This document shows, in pieces, positions 52,501 to 64,000 of a stretch of 64,000 nt of DNA. This DNA comes from Oculina patagonica (Eukaryota): assembly GCF_052425735.1 (NCBI RefSeq), contig NC_135763.1:21080001-21144000 (forward strand), written 5' to 3'. A program made the position numbers and the translations under genes. Numbering within the stretch: position 1 is the stretch's first letter; each line of letters begins with the position of its first letter. The notes under the pieces were generated by a model. The model did no database searches and was not told the DNA's origin. It saw only the letters and a list, made by a program, of their open reading frames with translations.

Positions 52501-55500
52501 CACAGTTGGTGTGCCTGGCTTGTGGGGAAGTTGGATACAGTGGTTCCTGCCCCATGAATTGCAACAAAACCTTTGGTTGATTGGTTTATGTAGAGGATTC
52601 TACTCCGGACCTCTCATGAAATTACCCATGATGCAACGAGTAGGGCTGGAATTCATTTTTTTTCATGTGTTGCTTGATTTTAGGTTGTTCACCATGAAGA
52701 AGGATTGATGACACAGCTGCATAGCCTCACATAGCAACAAACTCCGAGCAGGCAATGACTTCGCAGACTGGCAAAACAAGGAATGTCTTTTTCTTCACTG
52801 TACAAACGGTAGACTGCCTTGGCATGTAAGCATGGGAAGGGAGTCAGTGAATCAGGGTATCTCAGCTCCAAAGTCTCTTGTGAGGGAACTGAAAGCTTCA
52901 TATTTGGGAAAGAATTATCATAGCAGGAACTCTTGCAGGAATTTGTCAAACTCGGCACAATTCCTTTATTCATTTATATTGGCACTCTTGGATTTGGAAA
53001 GCAGTTTTTGTATGTTTATTGAAGAGAAGCTTTGCTGCAGTCCAATTTGCTCATTTTCCAAAGGGTTCAGTTGACAGACCAGCTTTCAATTACTTGGAGA
53101 ATGCGACTGACAAACACAAGACAGCATGATCGCCTTTTTATTGGTTTCTGAACTGAAAAAGGATCTGTCATGCCATCAAGTCAGATGAAAATGAGCCAAA
53201 GTAGGTGAACTATCCTTGAATCCAGTCATAAGAAGTCTTTCAACATTTCAACTGCACTTCTAGTCTGCCTCAGAATATCTATATATATATATATTCATAC
53301 ACTGCGCACAAATATTCATTAAACATTGTCAGAACATTCATATATATTATGTATATATATATATTATATAGATCATTTGAGTACTTTACAACTTTTGTTC
53401 GTTCGTTTGATAACACGGAAATCACCCTGCTAAACCATGTGCCTCATGACAGGTGACGATGATGGCTTTTGAGAATGAGCTGGGTGTGCAAGCTCCTGTG
53501 GGTTTCTGGGATCCAGCTGGGCTTTCTTCAGATGGCAGTGTTGAGGACTTCAAGCGACGTCGTCAGACTGAGCTGAAGCATGGTCGCATTTCTATGCTCG
53601 CAACAATGGGATATATCACGCCAGAAATCACTGGCAAATTCCCTGGCTACTTGTCTCCTTCTGCTGGCTTGAAGTTTGCAGATGTGCCCAATGGTCTTGC
53701 CGCAATCTCTAAAGTGCCAGCCGCAGGTTGGGGTCAGATTTTGGCCTACATGGCATTCTGCGAAGTTTCCCAGGACCAGTCTGCTGGAACTCCTGCTGCA
53801 GCTGGTGACTTTGGCTGGAAGCTCATCACATCTACTGATCCGGAGGTCAAGAAAACAAAGCTCAATGCAGAGTTGGCAAACGGAAGACTGGCGATGATGG
53901 CCATCATTGGCATGTTCTTTCAGGTGATGAAGCGCTGCAGAGGGTGAAGGGTGCTTGGATGAGGTATCACACGTATCAACATTATCAATATAGTTGTTTA
54001 GTAGTGTTTGTTACAGTACATCATTGTTGGCCAACCAAACATTTGATGTATGTGTTTTTCTGATTTTTGCATGGGAGATGCAACATTGATTCATTAGAGT
54101 TTAGAGGCCCTTGCTATACACTATCAAGGCCTGTCAAGGGTTGAATGCTATCAAGTTTTCAGGTTTATTTTCACTTCATTTTCATTTCGTCAAGGCAGCA
54201 ACAAACTGCTTGTTGACATGCATGTCTTCTGATGCATTCAGTAGCTATTCAGCTGTCCTTTGAATGCAGGATGGTCTGACTGGCAGTGCCTGGGGTGATT
54301 GGGCAAACTACACTGCTTCTCCTTTGCGAGCATTCGAGAATGAGCTGGGTGTGCAGGCACCTGTGGGATTCTGGGATCCAGCTGGACTTTCAGCTGACGG
54401 CGGTGTGGCTGCCTTCAAGCGCCGTCGCTCAGCTGAGCTGAAGCATGGAAGGATCTCGATGATGGCCACCATGGGTGTTTGGACAGAATGGTCATGCTAT
54501 TATATGTTATTCATGATTAAGTCATATCATTCATGATTTACTTTGCTTGGTAGTTGCGATCACAAGTGGAATCTGCCTTGCAGCACATGTTCGATCTTTT
54601 GCATTCATTGTCATTTTGCTTCGTGGTTACAATGGTGTTGGACCGATCGTATCCTTAAGGATATATCACTCCAGAAGTCGTTGGCAAGCTGTGCTGGACT
54701 CAGCAATCTCAGCAATTTCAGATTTTGTGCTGCAGATACCTTGCAAGTTCCAAGACATGACTTGTTCAAGGTTGTTGCAGGCAGGTTGTGCGTTTGCAAA
54801 GCTTTTCAGCTGAGGCCAGGCTACTTGTCTCCATCTGCCGGCCTGAAGTTCGCTGACATCCCCAACGGACTTGCAGCAGTTTCCAAGGTGCCAGTTGCTG
54901 GATGGGCTCAGATTGCTGCCTACTTTGGCTTTGTTGAGTTCAGCAGTGGCTTCGATGACTACAAGACTGGCACCCCGGGTGACTATGGCTTCAAGCTCTT
55001 GACTTCCTCCGACCCTGGAGGAGAAGACGAAGAAACTTTCAGCAGAGCTGGCGAATGGCCGATTGGCTATGATGGCCATCATCGGAATGTTCTTTCAGGA
55101 CCTGGAAGATTACAATTAATTGGCATGTTCTTTCAGGTGATGAAGAGTGCAGGGTAAAGGGTGAAGGGTGAAGCAGAATGAGATATCACATATCAACATT
55201 ATCAACATATAGTTGTTTAGTAGTGTTTGTTACAGACACATGATGTTTCTTACCAAACATTTGATGTATGTGCTTTTCTGATTTTTTGCATGGTAGATGC
55301 AACACGGATGCATTTAGAGAACCTTGCTATGCACTATCAAGGCCTGTCAAGGGCTTCAATGTACAATTTTCTTTAATTATGTTCATCCTCTTTCACACCA
55401 TGTACTGTATGGTATGGTATGCAGTCTTTTGGTCATTCGTTGGGTGAACTGGTCAAGTGTCACTTACTCCACGCAGGATGGCTTGACTGGCAGTGCCTGG

Positions 55501-58500
55501 GGTGATTGGGCCAACTACACTGCTTCTCCTTTGCGTGCCTTTGAGAATGAGCTGGGTGTGCAGGCTCCTGTGGGTTTCTGGGATCCAGCTGGGCTCTCTT
55601 CAGATGGCAGTGTTGAGGACTTCAAGCGACGTCGTCAGACTGAGCCTGAAGCATGGTCGCATTTCTATGCTCGCAACAATGGGATATATCACGCCAGAAA
55701 TCACTGGCAAATTCCCTGGCTACTTGTCTCCTTCTGCTGGCTTGAAGTTTGCAGATGTGCCCAATGGTCTTGCCGCAATCTCTAAAGTGCCAGCCGCAGG
55801 TTGGGGTCAGATTTTGGCCTACATGGCATTCTGCGAAGTTTCCCAGGACCAGTCTGCTGGAACTCCTGCTGCAGCTGGTGACTTTGGCTGGAAGCTCATC
55901 ACATCTACTGATCCGGAGGTCAAGAAAACAAAGCTCAATGCAGAGTTGGCAAACGGAAGACTGGCGATGATGGCCATCATTGGCATGTTCTTTCAGGTGA
56001 TGAAGAGTGAAGGGCAAAGGGTGAAGGGTGAAGCAGGATGAGATATCACATATCAACATTATCAACATATTATAGTTAGTTTAGTAGTGTTTGTTACAGA
56101 CACATGATGTGTCTTACCAAACATTTGATGTATGTGTTTTTCTGATTTTTGCATGGTAGATGCAACACGGATGCATGTAGAGAACCTTGCTATGCACTAT
56201 CAAGGCCTGTCAAGGGCTTCAATGTACAATTTTCATTTATGTTCATCCTCTTTCACACTATGTACTGCATGGTATGGTATGCAGTCTTTTGGTCATTCGT
56301 TGGGTGAACTGGTCAAGTGTCACTTACTCCACGCAGGATGGCTTGACTGGCAGTGCCTGGGGTGATTGGGCCAACTACACTGCTTCTCCTTTGCGTGCCT
56401 TTGAGAATGAGCTGGGTGTGCAGGCTCCTGTGGGTTTCTGGGATCCAGCTGGGCTCTCTTCAGATGGCAGTGTTGAGGACTTCAAGCGACGTCGTCAGAC
56501 TGAGCTGAAGCATGGTCGCATTTCTATGCTCGCAACAATGGGATATATCACGCCAGAAATCACTGGCAAATTCCCTGGCTACTTGTCTCCTTCTGCTGGC
56601 TTGAAGTTTGCAGATGTGCCCAATGGTCTTGCCGCAATCTCTAAAGTGCCAGCCGCAGGTTGGGGTCAGATTTTGGCCTACATGGCATTCTGCGAAGTTT
56701 CCCAGGACCAGTCTGCTGGAACTCCTGCTGCAGCTGGTGACTTTGGCTGGAAGCTCATCACATCTACTGATCCGGAGGTCAAGAAAACAAAGCTCAATGC
56801 AGAGTTGGCAAACTGGAAGACTGGCGATGATGGCCATCATTGGCATGTTCTTTCAGGTGATGAAGAGTGAAGGGCAAAGGGTGAAGGGTGAAGCAGGATG
56901 AGATATCACATATCAACATTATCAACATATTATAGTTATTTAGTAGTGTTTGTTACAGACACATGATGCTGTCTTACCAAACATTTGATGTATGTGTTTT
57001 TCTGATTTTTGCATGGTAGATGCAACACGGATGCATTTAGAGTTTAGAGGCCCTTGCTATGCACTATCAAGGCCTGTCAAGGGCTTCAATGTACAATTTT
57101 CATTTATGTTCATCCTCTTTCACACTATGTACTGCATGGTATGGTATGCAGTCTTTTGGTCATTCGTTGGGTGAACTGGTCAAGTGTCACTTACTCCACG
57201 CAGGATGGCTTGACTGGCAGTGCCTGGGGTGATTGGGCCAACTACACTGCTTCTCCTTTGCGTGCCTTTGAGAATGAGCTGGGTGTGCAGGCTCCTGTGG
57301 GTTTCTGGGATCCAGCTGGGCTCTCTTCAGATGGCAGTGTTGAGGACTTCAAGCGACGTCGTCAGACTGAGCTGAAGCATGGTCGCATTTCTATGCTCGC
57401 AACAATGGGATATATCACGCCAGAAATCACTGGCAAATTCCCTGGCTACTTGTCTCCTTCTGCTGGCTTGAAGTTTGCAGATGTGCCCAATGGTCTTGCC
57501 GCAATCTCTAAAGTGCCAGCCGCAGGTTGGGGTCAGATTTTGGCCTACATGGCCTTCTGCGAAGTTTCCCAGGACCAGTCTGCTGGAACTCCTGCTGCAG
57601 CTGGTGACTTTGGCTGGAAGCTCATCACATCTACTGATCCGGAGGTCAAGAAAACAAAGCTCAATGCAGAGTTGGCAAACGGAAGACTGGCGATGATGGC
57701 CATCATTGGCATGTTCTTTCAGGTGATGAAGAGTGAAGGGCAAAGGGTGAAGGGTGAAGCAGGATGAGATATCACATATCAACATTATCAACATATTATA
57801 GTTGTTTAGTAGTGTTTGTTACAGACACATGATGTGTCTTACCAAACATTTGATGTATGTGTTTTTCTGATTTTTGCATGGTAGATGCAACACGGATGCA
57901 TGTAGAGAACCTTGCTATGCACTATCAAGGCCTGTCAAGGGCTTCAATGTACAATTTTCATTTATGTTCATCCTCTTTCACACTATGTACTGTATGGTAT
58001 GGTATGCAGTCTTTTGGTCATTCGTTGGGTGAACTGGTCAAGTGTCACTTACTCCACGCAGGATGGCTTGACTGGCAGTGCCTGGGGTGATTGGGCCAAC
58101 TACACTGCTTCTCCTTTGCGTGCCTTTGAGAATGAGCTGGGTGTGCAGGCTCCTGTGGGTTTCTGGGATCCAGCTGGGCTCTCTTCAGATGGCAGTGTTG
58201 AGGACTTCAAGCGACGTCGTCAGACTGAGCTGAAGCATGGTCGCATTTCTATGCTCGCAACAATGGGATATATCACGCCAGAAATCACTGGCAAATTCCC
58301 TGGCTACTTGTCTCCTTCTGCTGGCTTGAAGTTTGCAGATGTGCCCAATGGTCTTGCCGCAATCTCTAAAGTGCCAGCCGCAGGTTGGGGTCAGATTTTG
58401 GCCTACATGGCCTTCTGCGAAGTTTCCCAGGACCAGTCTGCTGGAACTCCTGCTGCAGCTGGTGACTTTGGATGGAAGCTCATCACATCTACTGATCCGG

Positions 58501-59104
58501 AGGTCAAGAAAACAAAGCTCAATGCAGAGTTGGCAAACGGAAGACTGGCGATGATGGCCATCATTGGCATGTTCTTTCAGGTGATGAAGAGTGAAGGGTA
58601 AGGGGTGAGGTGAGGGGGTGATGGGTGATGGGTGAATGTTGAAGCAAGCTCAGATATCGGTCCATCAGTTATATAAATAAGTGATCTAGTGATAGTCTTT
58701 GACAATTGTTGATGGTCTTTCAGGAGATGGTGTAAGCGAAGGGTGTTCAATCTCACAAGGGCTGATAGTGATTTGAGAATATTTGCATTGCTTACGAAGC
58801 ACTTACCGGAATGGAGCGCCAATGTTTATCTATGGTAGAAACCTTGTAGGTCCAAACAGTAGGTGAATGCTTTCATGGAAATGCAGGAAATGCCTGAATG
58901 CCTTGCCGTGCGAAGTTAGGAATTCTAGCAGGAAACCCATGGCTTTCTTGGCTTTCCAAACTTGAGACATCCCCATGTAGCCCTGTGTTTTGTCAGTGTT
59001 TAGGTAAGCTTATGGCCTGTGTTCTGCTGACTCTCTCGCAGGATGGCCTCACTGGAAGTGCATGGGGTGATTGGGCCAACTACACTGCCTCTCCTTTGCG
59101 CTGA
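49592..59104 (+). CDS. acpPC-type LHC polyprotein gene 2, complete (~1116 aa once single-base insertions are corrected), six domains
   Basis: Leader exons 49592-49631, 49900-49971, 51620-51652, 52217-52295. Domain exons 53453-53923, 54270-54474, 54660-54690, 54815-55098, 55477-55996, 56337-56856, 57204-57722, 58062-58580. Final exon 59042-59104 (...SPLR*). Several +1 insertions. Confidence 0.9.
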
Positions 59105-60067
59105 GCAGACCATGGCAAACCATTGCAAGACACAATTCAATGAGCAAGGATCGGACCGATCTTATCGATCCTTCTAATATCTCCATTGACATTCTTGTGC
59201 AGGTCTTGGAGTTTAGGTTTGGGAACGTCGGGACATCTCGGCAATCCCGTTAAAAAGTGGCTGTTCAGGAGGTACTGTTGATGGAACAAATCCGGCAAAC
59301 CCTGCTATCATGAACATCCGACTCATTGGAGTAATTTACAATATAACCATCCCAAATGGCCAAATGGTGAAGGTTTTTTTCCATCAACAGTATGCAGCAA
59401 TATCTCGCATTCATGTGTATCTATTTCATGTCTTTTTGGTAGTCTTGGATCCTCGAAGAGTATCTGAACGTCTTTGCGAGTTTTGTTTGCAACGCAAGAA
59501 ACTTTCTGGCAGCAAGATGTTTTTTTCAATCTCCACCAAGTGACAACTGGACTTGAAATGTTGAAGAGCGTTTTGCCATAACAGTATGTATATGATTCGA
59601 TTGAGAACCTTTTGTTTTATTTGAGACGAGGTCTAAGTGTAGAGATGTTTTTATGACATGGGAGATCAGACAAGTAAAATGATTGCACAAAATCTCAAGC
59701 CCACTGGCCAACTGCTCCAAATTGCAACGGTTGTATTTTGGCTCCGGAACAACACCGACTCAGAGTTTTAATCTCTTTAAGGCTGTGCAGGTAAGACACC
59801 TTGCATTTTTGGCCAGTTTCCTTTCCGAACTCTTTTTTAAAGGAACAATCTGCGACTCTCGGCAGCAGTTTAACCTTCAAGGTGTTCTTCATGTTTCAGG
59901 AGAGCTCAGCAAGTCTCGTTTATGAATCAAGGTTGCACATACAAACAGATGCGAGTGTTCTTCATGGACCTTCAAATAAGGGTTACGTAAGGCATTATGA
60001 AGGGACAAGCAGGGCTGTGCTATTGTACTCCAGCATTTTTTACTGTACTCCAACCTTTTATCTCAGG

Positions 60068-63000
60068 ATGGCATCTATTTCTCGAAGCACTGTTGCTGCT
60101 GCCACAGGCGTTTCAGCTGTTTCGTTCGGTGTGCAAATATATTGTATATTGTCAGTATGCGTCTGTGGCTGGATAGGGAATTTTTGGGCTGAATATGGGA
60201 AACACAGGTAGATGCTTGAGGACTTGTGTAGCTTGACGAACCTTTTTTCCAGTTTCGCAACTGGGAAGTCAGAATGACACTTGACAAATTTCTATGTTGA
60301 ATTTCTATGTGCTACCTTTTTGAACAGCCATCCTTTCTCACCAACGAATTCGTTTGAGGTGCAGCTGCTTTGCTTGGCGCCACCTCCTTTGTGGCTACAG
60401 GAACTCCAGCATCAACCAGTCACCTGCGAGTTGGGCTTGCCCAGACACTGATCCCATAGACATGGAAGATGAAGGCGGATAGATGGATGTCAAGATATTA
60501 TTAAGTTGTCATCGACTACCATTATTATCTATTATTCATTGGTATTACTTCGACATACTTCGACTACTACTGCTACTATGATTGTTATGTTATTATTTCT
60601 ATCGATTTCTTTTTCCCTTTTCTCTTTTATTCTATTTCTATCTCTGTTTCCATTTTTTTTCTATTTCACCGTTTTCCCAATTGTCATTCTCAACAACATC
60701 AGCATTCTTATCTCCATTCTCAGATTCTCTTGGGGTGATTTTCTGTATGAACAAAACATGGTTTGACCGTCATATGTCATATGGATTGGATTATCTTTCA
60801 CACTTTTTGCCAGATCTTTTGTGGATGAGAGAGGCTTGCCTTTATGGGTGTTTTCATTCATGTTGAATCTGCGGTGTGCACATCTTCTAGTTCACCCTTC
60901 CCGACTTCGTTCACTCGTTCACTCTTTTTTGGAGACCTTGGATGAACGAAACGTGCCCCGAGGCAAATGAACTTTTTCGTTTAAGCATTTACCTGTGCTT
61001 TAGTAGCAGCCTTGTTGTTCCAATCGGCCTCCCTTTTGCGCGTCCCTATCGCCAGCTTTCGTCCATTGCACTTGCACACATGGTTGATGCTACGCAACTC
61101 ATGGGGGTGGGGTGGGGTGGGGAAATGGCAGTTTTCTGTGGGAAAATGCCAAAACTCTTCACTTTTTACAGATGTTTGGGCAAGACAATGTTTGTTTCGC
61201 TGTAGCGACAATCACATTTTTTTTGAAATCCGCGCGACTGCAGGCGCAGTTTCCGGGCCGCCGGGATGATTTTGCTTGTGTACATGTACGCTTTGCTTGT
61301 ATATCCTTTTATACTTGTACAGTTATATACCAATTTGCTTGCACCCTCATATGTTCAATACTACATATACACATATGTGGAATCATATACTTATTTGCCA
61401 ATATACCGATACAATTATGGATCGTTATGTATTTTTTCAATGCCTTCAATATTCTTACGTATTCTTATCCTTGTCGATTTATATTCAAATTTTCTTAGAC
61501 TATGCAAACTTGTGCACTTGTATACTGATGTACTACTCCCTCAAGATACGCATGAGTATACAACCCATAATGATATGTAATATGCATATAGTATCATGTC
61601 CTCGTACACCTTTGAGCTTAAATACTTCTGTTTGAAATACTTGAATATTATTTGATACTCTTGTCCTGATACACCTCTACACTTATAACACTGATTAATG
61701 TACCTTTATCCATTTCTCGTTCTGCATGTTCCCTTCTTACTTCGCGCGTATACTCATACTGGTACCTCCATACTAGTGTTTACATACTGCATACTCTTAT
61801 ACTTGTGCCTACATACTGATATATTCGTATCTACTTATCCGTATTATACTTGTATGACTTACATTCATGCTTACACTTAGATTCATACATGTACTCACAC
61901 CTTCCACTTCATTCTTTGTAGTTTACATGTCAAACTGCTTATACTTCTATTTCACCGCAGTTGATTCTTGGTTGGGATGATCATCACCAAAATTTATTTC
62001 TATTTTTGGCATGTCGAAGTTAATCAGCCGTTTTTTGTAGCACTATTTCTTTGGGAACTCATGGCATTTCCCCAAGGCCTCCGCTGTGGCATCAGGTCCG
62101 GCGCAGCAGGCGTGGACATATTGTTGATGGAAGAAATCCTGCAACACATGGCATTACAAATGGTATTGTATTAACTGGTTACCCTAATGTTTGTCCATCA
62201 ACAGTATTAGGAATAGAATATATACATATCGTAAAGATGTTTGTTTGTATGTGCTACTTTATCTATGCACACATCGACCTTGCTTGGCTTTTCGCACGAT
62301 GGTTGATGAATTATATGGATTGTAGTCTTAAGATCAACACGCAAGGATAACACTCTGTTTACGCAGGCTTGTACGTATAGGAAATCAGACCAATGGCAGT
62401 GGAAAATTTAAACCTGAGCTTTTAACATGCACATGCAAAAATTTTCATTGATCATAATCCACGATGAACAGCTACTGTGACTGATGCAATCATTTCACCT
62501 TGTGCCTTGAAGAATGCTTCTAGTGTCCTGTACTTGTAGAATCAGGGACTCATTCCGGGCGGTTAGTTCCAAGGTAGGCAAGATGCAAACCTCGTATTTT
62601 TGTTTTTTTAATCCTGCTGTTTGAGACTCATCGACTCATCTCAATCGCGTTGAGCTTGTCAAGGCAACATTCAGCAGCCAAACTGCATCCTTGGCTGTAG
62701 CAGGGGCAGCCGTGGCTGCACTCGCAGCGAGTGGTCGCAAGGTCTATCAGGGAGTGAATCAAAGATATTGTGATGAAAGCAACGTCGTTTTTAGAATACA
62801 TGAATTTTTGGGTGAATGATGCAAACGTCACACAAAAATACCACAAAGAAGTAGTTCACCGCGGAATTCAGGGAAAGGTGACAGCTGGAATTGGCTGGGA
62901 CGGCACACCTCTCAGCCACCTGGACAGGTCATTGGAAATGTGAAGCCACAGTTGGTGTGCCTGGCTTGTGGGGAAGTTGGATACAGTGGTTCCTGCCCCA

Positions 63001-64000
63001 TGAATTGCAACAAAACCTTTGGTTGATTGGTTTATGTAGAGGATTCTACTACGGACCTCTCATGAAATTGCCCATGATGCAACGAGTAGGGCTGGAATTC
63101 ATTTTTTTTTTCATGTGTTGCTTGATTTTTGGTTGTTCACCATGAGGAAGGATTGATGACACAGCTGCATAGCCTCACATAGCAACAAACTCCTGACTTC
63201 GCAGACTGGCAAAACAAGGAATGTCTTTTTTTCTTCACTGCACAATTGGTAGACTGCCTTTGCATGTAAGCATGGGAAGGGAGTCAGTGAATCAGGGTAT
63301 CTCAGCTCCAAAGTCTCTTGTGAGGGAACTGAAAGCTTCATCTTTGGGAAAGAATTATCATGGCAGGAACTCTTTTTAGGGAGTGTCAAACTCGGCACAA
63401 TTCCTTTATTCATTTATATTGGCACTCTTGGATTTGGAAAGCAGTTTTTGTAGTGGTTATTGAAGAGAAGCTTTGCGGCAGTCCAATTTGCTCATTTTCC
63501 AAAGGGTTCAGTTGACAGACCAGCTTTCAATTACTTGGAGAATGCGACTGACAAACACAAGACAGCATCATCGCCTTTTTATTGGGTTCTGAACTGGAAA
63601 AGGATCTGTCATGCCATCAAGTCAGATGAAAATGAGCCAAAGTAGGTGAACTATCCTTGAATCCAGTCACAAGAAGTCTTTCAACATTTCAACTGCACTT
63701 CTAGTCTGCCTCAGAATATTTGTGTATTCATACACTGCGCACAAATATTCATTAAACATTGTCAAAGCATTCATATGTATATATATATATTATAGATCAT
63801 TTGAGTACTTTACAACTTTTGTTGTTCGTTTGATAACATGAAATCACCCTGCTAAACCATGTGCCTCATGACAGGTGACGATGATGGCTTTTGAGAATGA
63901 GCTGGGTGTGCAAGCTCCTGTGGGTTTCTGGGATCCAGCTGGGCTTTCTTCAGATGGCAGTGTTGAGGACTTCAGGCGACGTCGTCAGACTGAGCTGAAG
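60068..64000 (+). CDS. acpPC-type LHC polyprotein gene 3, 5' part (runs off the window)
   Basis: In-frame exons 60068-60107, 60359-60429, 62077-62109, 62664-62741, 63875->. They encode MASISRSTVAAATGAAALLGATSFVATGTPASTSHLRASAVASGPAQQATFSSQTASLAVAGAAVAALAASGRKVTMMAFENELGVQAPVGFWDPAG. Confidence 0.88.

Larger units (their letters stand above)
38342..64000 (+). repeat. Tandem array of ~10.5-kb units (about 2.3 units visible), each carrying one LHC polyprotein gene
   Basis: Homologous anchors at 38342/50366/~60831 (GAGGCGTGCCTTTATGGG; GAGGCTTGCC in the third). ATGs at 49592 and 60068 give a period of 10476. Intergenic and intronic DNA is highly similar across units. Confidence 0.95.

Noticed and set aside
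43022-56856. LHC copies as pseudogenes or programmed frameshifts (+1 at ~43121, ~43355, ~43434, ~49914, ~55018, ~55645, ~56814)
   Set aside because: All are isolated single-base insertions at different sites in otherwise near-identical copies with no nonsense substitutions, the pattern of long-read error. Raw reads are needed to be sure.

Overview
The window is a three-part eukaryotic mosaic with two abrupt, gap-free junctions. (1) 1-~14450 is GC-rich, intron-free, dinoflagellate-like (probably Symbiodiniaceae) DNA. It holds a 5'-open, frameshifted Upf1-like SF1B helicase ORF, decayed reading frames and a 9-copy 21-bp motif array with unique spacers. (2) ~14450-~38340 is AT-rich stony-coral DNA, probably Pocilloporidae. 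It holds 11 exons of the ciliary outer-dynein-arm docking gene ODAD1/CCDC114 (5' end missing), many MITEs, SINEs and satellites, and two convergent acidic-protein genes. One is a CARP3-like Asp-rich gene whose signal exon is not in view. The other is a complete two-coding-exon gene, which I do not recognise, encoding a secreted (Glu-Ser-Gly)n protein; the pair is a candidate biomineralization locus. Between them lie two tandem Tc1/IS630-like TIR elements in (TA)n and a Penelope-like hairpin with a hammerhead-type core. (3) ~38340-64000 is Symbiodiniaceae-type DNA: a ~10.5-kb tandem array of light-harvesting (acpPC-type LHC) polyprotein genes. Each has six SPLR-linked domains and GC/GA splice donors; the two copies whose 5' end is in view show a four-exon plastid leader and a relic spliced leader. 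One unit carries a Helitron-like insertion. The mosaic is most likely joined host and symbiont contigs rather than horizontal transfer. All calls are by eye; no database searches were run.
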